Shown here in pieces: positions 17,947-24,412 of a stretch of 64,000 bases of DNA. The notes beneath the pieces are model-generated. The model was given only the letters and a program-made list of their open reading frames with translations, was not told where the DNA came from and did not search any database. Origin of the DNA: an uncultured Actinomycetota bacterium (GTDB taxonomy: Bacteria; Actinomycetota; Actinomycetes; UBA12327). A program made the position numbers and the translations under genes. Location of the stretch: positions 219,776 through 283,775 of the forward strand of contig CAWKKI010000011.1 in assembly GCA_963850215.1 (NCBI GenBank), read 5' to 3'. Position 1 is the first letter of the stretch, and every line of letters starts with the position of its first letter.

Positions 17947-18947
17947 TCACGGTGCTTGAGCGCACGTTGGTAGCCATCGCTTCGGGGTCGCTTCTCGCCG
18001 GCGCCTTGGTGTTGCAGGCTGGGGCGGCCCACGCCGTTTCGGTCGGCAGTCTTACCGTTGCCCCAACCTCGGGCAGCGACGCGTCTCTCTTGACGTTGGC
18101 GACCGGAAGTACCTGCACGGATTCGTCTGCCACCTACGTCTCGGTTGCGATCAGCGGCTCCGGATTCGCTGCGGGTGGCACGAATGTTGTGGGCGCTGCC
18201 CAGATCAGTGACCTCACTCATTCGGCAACGGGGTATGTGATCCAGGTCAGCAACACGCTGGCCGCGATCGCGTCACTTCAGCATCCCGCGGTCACTTATG
18301 TCGGCGACTACACCTTCGACGTCAAATGTCGGTTGGCTCTGGACTTCACCAGCCTGGGCGACTTCACAGCAACGATCCACTTCAGCGATCCGCACACGTG
18401 GTCCGTGGTGAGCGGCACTGCGCCGCACTTCACCATCGCGGCGCACCTCACCGGAACCGCTCGTGTTGGCTACACCTCGGGTTGCTCGGCGTCGGTCACT
18501 GGCTCGACCAGCCTTCAATACGTATGGCTGCGCAACGGCGTCACCATCTCAGGCGCCACGCACTCCACCTACGTGGTGCAGCCGGCCGACAATGCCCACA
18601 CCTTGGCATGCGAGCTGATCGCCAAGAACGCTGCCGGTTCCACGACGAGCAAGGCCGCGGCCCGTTATGTCGAGCCCGGCTATCTGCACAACGTGGTGCA
18701 TCCGACTCTCTCCGGTCACGCCATCCACGGCTACACGTTGGCCTGCCGAGCGGGTGCCTGGTCACCGGCACCCAGCCATTACGCATATGGCTGGCTGCTC
18801 AACGGTGTTCACATCCGAGGCGCGGCGGCAAGCACGTTGAAGTTGGCGACCACCTACAAGGCGCACACGATCGCTTGTCAGGTCACTGCGTCAAAGACCG
18901 GATACCTCAGCGTCACAGTGCGAACGAGCGCGGTGAAGGTCAGCTGA
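17943..18947 (+). CDS. Secreted protein: shared N-domain + two Ig-like repeats, no anchor recognised
   Basis: ORF 17904..18947 was trimmed to GTG 17943 (GTGA overlap). It has a signal peptide (QAGAAHA) and an N-domain with GSGFAAGGTNVVG and YTFDVKCR. Two ~80-aa repeats follow the pattern G..L.C...W...P..YAYGWLLNG..I.GA...Y......H.IAC.V.A. Confidence 0.75.
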   Translation: MITVLERTLVAIASGSLLAGALVLQAGAAHAVSVGSLTVAPTSGSDASLLTLATGSTCTDSSATYVSVAISGSGFAAGGTNVVGAAQISDLTHSATGYVIQVSNTLAAIASLQHPAVTYVGDYTFDVKCRLALDFTSLGDFTATIHFSDPHTWSVVSGTAPHFTIAAHLTGTARVGYTSGCSASVTGSTSLQYVWLRNGVTISGATHSTYVVQPADNAHTLACELIAKNAAGSTTSKAAARYVEPGYLHNVVHPTLSGHAIHGYTLACRAGAWSPAPSHYAYGWLLNGVHIRGAAASTLKLATTYKAHTIACQVTASKTGYLSVTVRTSAVKVS

Positions 18948-18949
18948 CC

Positions 18950-20035
18950 GTGTCCCTTGACTCCGAGGCCGCTCTGGCCGTTGGTACTGAACCGGTAGCG
19001 CCGGTCGCCAACGGCCAGTCCGGTGCTGTGCCGTCCAACGGGACTCACGTAACAGAACTCGCGGCGCCCAACCCCGCGGAGATGGTCGACCTGCCGCACC
19101 CGGACCTCGGCACGCCGAGCACCGAGTTGCAGGTCGATGCCGACGATCATCTAGTCGATGACGACGACGAGGAGTCGACGGCCGCCCCACGCCGCGACGG
19201 GCTCTGGATCATGGGCGTCGCCCTGACCACACTCGGCGTCATCGTGCTCGGCTTTCTGGCTGCATTCCTGGTGATCGGCCCGATCAAGTACCACCGTGCG
19301 CAGACCGTGGAGTACGCGCAACTGCGCTACGAACTCGCGAACTCGATCGCGCCGGTCGGTCAAACCGACTACAACGGCAAGCTTCTGACCCCTGGCACAC
19401 CAGTGGCTCTGCTCAGCATCCCGGCCATCAAGCTGACGACGGTTGTGTCCGAGGGCACGACTGGCGAGATCCTGCAGAACGGGCCTGGACATCGGCGTGA
19501 CAGCGCGATGCCAGGGCAGCCCGGAGCCAGCGTCATCTATGCGCGTCGGCTCGGCTTCGGCGGTCCGTTCGGATCTCTGCCTTCGTTGAAGCCCGGTGAC
19601 CCGATCTACGTGACTACCGGACAAGGCGTCTCGACGTACACCGTTGCGGACGTGCGCTACGCCGGGGACAAAGAACCGTCGGTGCAGATCAATCACGGCT
19701 TGCTCAGTCTGGTTACCGCCGGCGGCTCGCGCTTCCTGCCCAACGGAGTTGTAGCCGTTGACGCGAATCTGACGTCGACACCGCAGCAGGCGCCCGGTGC
19801 CGTGATCGGCTCTAACGCCCTGAGCCGCTCGGAAGGCCCGATGCAGGGCGATCCGAGTGCTTGGGTCGGGCTCGTGCTCTGGGGTGAGCTACTCGTTGGC
19901 GCGACGGTCGCCATGGTGTGGGCGCGCAAGCGATGGGGGATATGGCAAGCCTGGATTGTTGGCGTTCCCGTAGTCGTTCTCCTGGGAGTTCTGGTTGCCA
20001 ACCAGATCACCACCTTGCTACCGAACATGCTGTGA
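18950..20035 (+). CDS. Sortase-fold homologue lacking the catalytic His, Cys and probably Arg (cysteine-free), with one N-terminal and two C-terminal TM helices
   Basis: ORF 18326..20035 was trimmed to GTG 18950, 2 nt after the previous stop. The blocks GPGHRRDSAMPGQPGASVIYARRLGFGGPFGSLPSLKPGDPIYV and LLSLVTAGG align by eye to the sortase GH-PG / IAGHR / GAPF / GD and TLxTC blocks. There is no Cys anywhere in the 361 aa. Confidence 0.75.
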   Translation: MSLDSEAALAVGTEPVAPVANGQSGAVPSNGTHVTELAAPNPAEMVDLPHPDLGTPSTELQVDADDHLVDDDDEESTAAPRRDGLWIMGVALTTLGVIVLGFLAAFLVIGPIKYHRAQTVEYAQLRYELANSIAPVGQTDYNGKLLTPGTPVALLSIPAIKLTTVVSEGTTGEILQNGPGHRRDSAMPGQPGASVIYARRLGFGGPFGSLPSLKPGDPIYVTTGQGVSTYTVADVRYAGDKEPSVQINHGLLSLVTAGGSRFLPNGVVAVDANLTSTPQQAPGAVIGSNALSRSEGPMQGDPSAWVGLVLWGELLVGATVAMVWARKRWGIWQAWIVGVPVVVLLGVLVANQITTLLPNML

Positions 20036-20041
20036 GCACTG

Positions 20042-21043
20042 ATGACTAACGAGGGTGAAATGACAGCCACCGACGACTTCTCCATCGCACTGCCCGACGC
20101 AAACGGGCATGCAGCGAACGGCCTCGCCGCGACCCTGCCGGCATACGCGGGAGCCCCAGCGATGACGGTCATCCCCGGACAGCCGATGCCACACGTGGCA
20201 CCGCCGGTGCCGCAGCAACCCGACGAGGTCGTGCTTCCGGGCGCTCGGCCCAACGGTGTTCGCGGCGCGATCGGAGACCTCGACGCACGCTCGATCTCTG
20301 CCTGGTTCGGCGATCACAAGGTGCTCGACCGAGTCTCGTTGCACATGCCGAGTGGCGAGGTAACCGCGCTTATTGGACCTTCCGGTTGCGGCAAGTCGAC
20401 GTTCCTGCGCACGTTGAATCGCATGCACGAGTTGATCCCGTCGGCATCCCTGGCCGGCGAGGTTCTCCTCGACGGCCAGGACATCTACGCGCCCGATCGG
20501 CGCCTCACCGAGGCACGACGACAGATCGGGATGGTCTTTCAACGCCCCAACCCTTTCCCCGCGATGTCCATTTACGACAACGTGATCGCGGGGCTGAAGC
20601 TCACCGGCAAGAAGGCGTCGACGGCTGAGAAGGACGGAATTGTCGAGACGCACTTATGAAGGCCGGGCTGTGGAAGGAAGTCAAGGACCGGCTGCGGCAG
20701 CCAGGCGGTGGACTTTCCGGTGGTCAGCAGCAGCGGCTGTGCATCGGACGGGCCCTTGCGTATCCAGCCGCGCGTGCTGCTTATGGACGAGCCATGTTCG
20801 GCGCTCGACCCGACGTCGACGCGCCGAATCGAGCAGACGATCGTCGAGCTTCGCGAAGAAGTGACGATCGTCATCGTCACGCACAACATGCAGCAGGCCG
20901 CGCGCGTCTCAAGCCGATGTGCCTTCTTCCTGGCGGAGGCCGGCACGCCAGGCGTGATAGTCGAGCACGGCTCAACCGAGGCGATGTTCGAAACTCCGCG
21001 CGACCCGCGCACCGCCGACTACGTGAATGGGCGCTTCGGTTAG
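20042..21043 (+). pseudogene. pstB: Phosphate ABC transporter ATP-binding protein PstB, interrupted by two compensating frameshifts
   Basis: Frame 2 (20042..20659) carries Walker [10 protein letters not shown] and ends at TGA 20657. Frame 1 (20656 to ~20760) carries [31 protein letters not shown]. Frame 2 resumes from 20762 with [33 protein letters not shown] and YVNGRFG. There is also an unusual ~75-aa Pro-rich N-terminal extension. Confidence 0.8.
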
Positions 21044-21072
21044 AACCGAACAATGGAAGCTGCGGTTAAACC

Positions 21073-21546
21073 TTAGGCCGCGTCGAGGCCGAACTCCGCC
21101 TTCAACGTGTCCACGTGGCCCGCAGCCATGACGCTGTGGTGCACGCTCTCCAGCACTCCGTCAGCCCCAACCACGAAAGTGCTGCGCAGGGTGCCCACGA
21201 AGGTGCGTTCCTTGAACGTCTTCTCGCCCCACGCGCCATACGCATGGGCCGTGGCGCTGTCGAGATCCGACAGCAACGGGAAGGTCAGGTCGTACTTGTC
21301 ACGGAAAGCCGCGAGATCCTCAACAGAGTCGGGGGAAATCCCGACCACGTCGAAACCTGATCGCGAGAAGGCCAGCAGGTTGTCGCGGAAGTCGCATGCT
21401 TCAGTCGTGCAGCCAGGTGTGTCGGCCTTCGGGTAGAAGTACACGACAACCCGACGTCCACGGAAGGACGAGAGCGAGACCGACTCTCCCTTGTCATCGA
21501 GCAACGTGAAGTCCGGAGCGATGTCCCCGACCTGCAGAGGGGTCAT
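21073..21546 (-). CDS. bcp: Thioredoxin-dependent thiol peroxidase (Bcp-type peroxiredoxin)
   Basis: 157 aa with APDFTL, YFYPKADTPGCTTEACDFRD and FPLLSD. Confidence 0.9.
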   Translation of the reverse strand: MTPLQVGDIAPDFTLLDDKGESVSLSSFRGRRVVVYFYPKADTPGCTTEACDFRDNLLAFSRSGFDVVGISPDSVEDLAAFRDKYDLTFPLLSDLDSATAHAYGAWGEKTFKERTFVGTLRSTFVVGADGVLESVHHSVMAAGHVDTLKAEFGLDAA

Positions 21547-21580
21547 TTGTGTCAGTGGCGGCAGAAGTCATGAGACGAGC

Positions 21581-22054
21581 CTAACCCGCGTCCAGCGACA
21601 GTTCGCGCACGAGTCGTGCCACATGCCCGGTGGCCTTTACGCCGTACATCGCCTGCTCGATCCGGCCCTTGGAGTTGATGAGAAACGTTGAACGGATCAC
21701 TCCGACGACGGTCTTGCCATACAACTGCTTCTCGCCGTATGCGCCGTACTTCTCCAGCACCTTCTTGTCCGGGTCGGAGAGCAACGGGAAGGTCAGCCCC
21801 TCCTTCTCGCGGAACTTCGCGAGCTTCTCGACCGAGTCAGGGGAGATGCCGAGTACCTGGATGTCCGCGCCCTCGAAGAGGGCGAGGTTGTCGCGGAAGT
21901 CGCACGCCTGCTTGGTACACCCGGCGGTCATCGCCGCGGGGTACGCATATAAGAGGACAGGCTCGCCGGCGAAGTCGGCGAGCCGTCGTTTCTCGCCATG
22001 GTCGTCGAGCAGCGTGAAAGCAGGGGCTCGGTCTCCGGGGGCGAGTCGGGTCAT
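21581..22054 (-). CDS. Second Bcp-type peroxiredoxin (tandem paralogue)
   Basis: ORF 21581..22291 was trimmed to ATG 22054 (MTRLAPGDRAPAFTL). It carries YAYPAAMTAGCTKQACDFRD and FPLLSD. Confidence 0.85.
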   Translation of the reverse strand: MTRLAPGDRAPAFTLLDDHGEKRRLADFAGEPVLLYAYPAAMTAGCTKQACDFRDNLALFEGADIQVLGISPDSVEKLAKFREKEGLTFPLLSDPDKKVLEKYGAYGEKQLYGKTVVGVIRSTFLINSKGRIEQAMYGVKATGHVARLVRELSLDAG

Positions 22055-22109
22055 GGCTGCTCCAGTGGGTCGGCGTGGGGACCAGTGTGGCTGTCCGGCA
22101 TCTAAGACG

Positions 22110-22132
22110 CTATTGCGAAGTCTTTGCAATAG
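22110..22132 (+). promoter_or_regulatory. Candidate Nur-box-like (nickel-responsive Fur-family) operator in the bcp / NiCoT divergent region
   Basis: The 23-nt near-palindrome is CTATTGCGAAG-T-CTTTGCAATAG. Its core TTGCGA-AGTCT-TTGCAA resembles the Streptomyces Nur consensus tTGCaa-N5-tTGCAA. It lies 128 nt upstream of the NiCoT start. Confidence 0.35.
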
Positions 22133-22259
22133 CGAGAAAGTCTCACTAGCGTTGGGTCCGTGGCACAGACCAGCCTGGCACCCGATTCGGATGCCGCCGC
22201 CGTTCGTACGCGCTCGCGTTTCTGGTCTGGACTGACCCGCGCACGAGCGGCTGAGCGTC

Positions 22260-23333
22260 TTGGGCATGGCCGCGGTCGTCATCGGTCTCACCGTCGTCGG
22301 CTGGGTGACCTTGCTGGGTTTCGTCGCCCCGCACCACTACCCATTGGGCTACAGCTCAGACGGCAAGGTGAAGCTCTACACGGTTGGGCTCGGGATGCTG
22401 GCCTACACGCTGGGCCTGCGACACGCGTTCGACGCGGATCACATTGCCGCGATCGACAACACCACCCGCAAGCTCATGGCTCAGAAGAAGCGCCCCTTGT
22501 CGGTCGGCTTCTGGTTCTCGCTTGGACACAGTTCGGTCGTCTTCGCGTTGTGCGTGCTGCTTGCCGTCGGGGTGAAGTCGCTGGTCTCGCAGGTCAGCAA
22601 TGACTCCTCGTCCTTGCAGCACTACACGGGCTTGTTCGGCACGCTTGTGTCCGGCACTTTTCTTTTCATCCTCGGCCTGATCAATCTCGTTGTGCTCGTC
22701 GGCATCGTGAAGGTCTTCACCCGCATGCGACAAGGACATTTCAACGAGGACGAGCTCGAGACCCATCTCGACAATCGTGGCTTCATGAACCGATTGCTAA
22801 AGGGAACGACCAAGGCGGTTGAGAAGCCCTGGCAGATGTATCCGGTCGGCATCTTGTTCGGGCTCGGCTTCGACACTGCGACTGAGGTGAGTCTGCTCGT
22901 CCTCGCGGGCGGTGCGGCCGCCTTTGCGCTGCCTTGGTACGCAATCATGGTGTTGCCGATCCTCTTCGCTGCCGGCATGTGCCTGTTCGACACGATTGAT
23001 GGTTGCTTCATGAACTTCGCCTACGACTGGGCGTTCTCGCAGCCGGTGCGCAAGGTGTTCTACAACATCACCGTCACGACGCTCTCGGTCTTCGTGGCAC
23101 TCGTGATCGGGACGATCGAGCTCATCTCGGTGCTGAGCGGCCAGCTGAACATCGAGTCAGGCCCCGTGGCGTGGATCGGCAATGTCGATCTCAACCTCGT
23201 CGGCTATGTGATTGTGGCTGCGTTCGTCGTGACCTGGGCCGTCGCCCTGGCGGTCTGGCGCTGGGGACGCGTGGAGGAGCGCTGGGGCGCAGCCCTCATA
23301 CCGTCCCTGGCGCCCGCTCCCGAGGCTGACTGA
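22260..23333 (+). CDS. HoxN/HupN/NixA-family nickel/cobalt permease (NiCoT)
   Basis: 357 aa polytopic protein with the signatures LRHAFDADHIAAIDNTTRKL and LGFDTATEV. Confidence 0.9.
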   Translation: MGMAAVVIGLTVVGWVTLLGFVAPHHYPLGYSSDGKVKLYTVGLGMLAYTLGLRHAFDADHIAAIDNTTRKLMAQKKRPLSVGFWFSLGHSSVVFALCVLLAVGVKSLVSQVSNDSSSLQHYTGLFGTLVSGTFLFILGLINLVVLVGIVKVFTRMRQGHFNEDELETHLDNRGFMNRLLKGTTKAVEKPWQMYPVGILFGLGFDTATEVSLLVLAGGAAAFALPWYAIMVLPILFAAGMCLFDTIDGCFMNFAYDWAFSQPVRKVFYNITVTTLSVFVALVIGTIELISVLSGQLNIESGPVAWIGNVDLNLVGYVIVAAFVVTWAVALAVWRWGRVEERWGAALIPSLAPAPEAD

Positions 23334-23399
23334 ACCCCTTCCCTGTGTGATCATTGGTCGATCGGCCAGTAATCACTGTCCGGGGCCAATGGAGGACCA

Positions 23400-23663
23400 G
23401 TGAGCCAGACAACCGCGGACACGCGCACTCCGGAGCAGATCGAAGCCGACCTCGATGCGGCCCGCGAACGTCTGGCCTCGACCGTTGACACGCTTTCGGA
23501 CGAGTTGAGTGTGCAGGCCTTTGCCCGTCGCGCCGGAAACGCGACCAGGAACTTCTTCACCACATCCGAGGGCGACTTGCGCACCGACCGCGTCCTCAAG
23601 GTGGCTGGCGTGATCGTCGGGCTGTTGGTGCTGCGACGTCTCGTGCGACACCGTTCACGCTGA
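23400..23663 (+). CDS. DUF3618-like small protein with a C-terminal TM helix
   Basis: 87 aa with the pattern RTPEQIEADLDAARERLASTVDTLSDEL and the helix VAGVIVGLLVL. Confidence 0.75.
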   Translation: MSQTTADTRTPEQIEADLDAARERLASTVDTLSDELSVQAFARRAGNATRNFFTTSEGDLRTDRVLKVAGVIVGLLVLRRLVRHRSR

Positions 23664-23668
23664 CCGCT

Positions 23669-24022
23669 GTGGTTGCTTCCTCGTCGCCGTTGAGTCCGTC
23701 CGCCGGAAAGCTCCCGGTCCGGATGTTGCACGACCGGATCCTGGTCTCTCTCGACGGCGACGTCGGTGAGCGCCGTTCGTCGGCTGGCATCGTGATTCCA
23801 GCCACGGCACGAATGGGCAAGCGGCTGTCGTGGGCTGAGGTTGTCGCTGTGGGTGGCAACGTGCGCGCGGTCGAGGTCGGTGACCGAGTCCTCTTCGATC
23901 CCGAGGAGCGCGCCGAGGTCGAGATCCACGGCACCGACTATGTGCTGCTGCGCGAGCGCGACCTCCACGCGGTGGCCTCGCCGAGACTTGACGACACGGA
24001 CTCCACGGGCCTCTACCTGTAG
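23669..24022 (+). CDS. GroES-like (Cpn10 family) protein
   Basis: It carries LHDRILV..GERRSSAGIVIP......SWAEVVAVG.....VEVGDRVLF..........G.DYVLLRERDLHAV. The exact start is uncertain. Confidence 0.7.
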   Translation: MVASSSPLSPSAGKLPVRMLHDRILVSLDGDVGERRSSAGIVIPATARMGKRLSWAEVVAVGGNVRAVEVGDRVLFDPEERAEVEIHGTDYVLLRERDLHAVASPRLDDTDSTGLYL

Positions 24023-24106
24023 CCGCCACGCCGTGCTGGCGTGCCATCCTTTGCCTGAATCAGATGGCTTCGCGCCCGCCACCAGCGGGCGCGCACGGAG
24101 GACGCG

Positions 24107-24412
24107 ATGCTTTTCGGCGGCATCTTCAGCAGTTGGACCCTGTTCTACAACTGGATCGACAACTCGAACATTGCCAGTTTGATCATGGGCATCCTCATCC
24201 CGACGATCCCGGTCATCCTCTACGTACGTTTCAAGCACTCGAAGTTGGTAAACCTGCAGATCTCGTGGCAACAGGAGGTCAAAGACCACGCCATCGCCCT
24301 GCACAAGGAGGCGATGGAACGCAACGAGCAGTTGCACAAGGAGCTCAAGGAGCACACCGAACAGATGCGCAAGGAGCTGCACGAGCACTGGGATCAGGAG
24401 AAGGCTTCGTGA
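24107..24412 (+). CDS. Small membrane protein with a Lys/Glu/His-rich helical tail (hypothetical)
   Basis: 101 aa. There are two hydrophobic segments (IFSSWTLFYNWI and IASLIMGILIPTIPVILYV). The tail is HKEAMERNEQLHKELKEHTEQMRKELHEHWDQEKAS. Third-position GC is high, and the stop overlaps the next start (GTGA at 24409). Confidence 0.55.
   Translation: MLFGGIFSSWTLFYNWIDNSNIASLIMGILIPTIPVILYVRFKHSKLVNLQISWQQEVKDHAIALHKEAMERNEQLHKELKEHTEQMRKELHEHWDQEKAS

Noticed and set aside
13076-20035. Interpretation of the LPXTG protein + sortase homologue + Ig-domain proteins as a sortase-assembled pilus locus.
   Set aside because: No pilin motif (YPKN-type Lys) or E-box was seen, only one LPXTG substrate is present, and the sortase homologue has no cysteine.
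20645-20765. Programmed ribosomal frameshifting as an explanation for the pstB frame changes.
   Set aside because: Two opposite shifts would be needed. Neither site has an X-XXY-YYZ slippery heptamer or an obvious downstream structure. Indels or sequencing errors are simpler.
21073-22054. Tandem Bcp peroxiredoxin paralogues as something unusual.
   Set aside because: Both keep the C-x4-C active-site arrangement and look like an ordinary duplication. Nothing suggests a novel function.
22055-22259. Cobalamin or other riboswitch upstream of the NiCoT permease.
   Set aside because: No B12-box-like (GCCACTG) or other conserved riboswitch core could be recognised. A protein operator palindrome fits better.
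23351-24388. 345-aa minus-strand ORF covering the DUF3618, GroES-like and small membrane protein genes.
   Set aside because: The composition is low-complexity Arg/Val/Asp-rich with no motifs. The plus-strand genes have recognisable family patterns and better codon bias.
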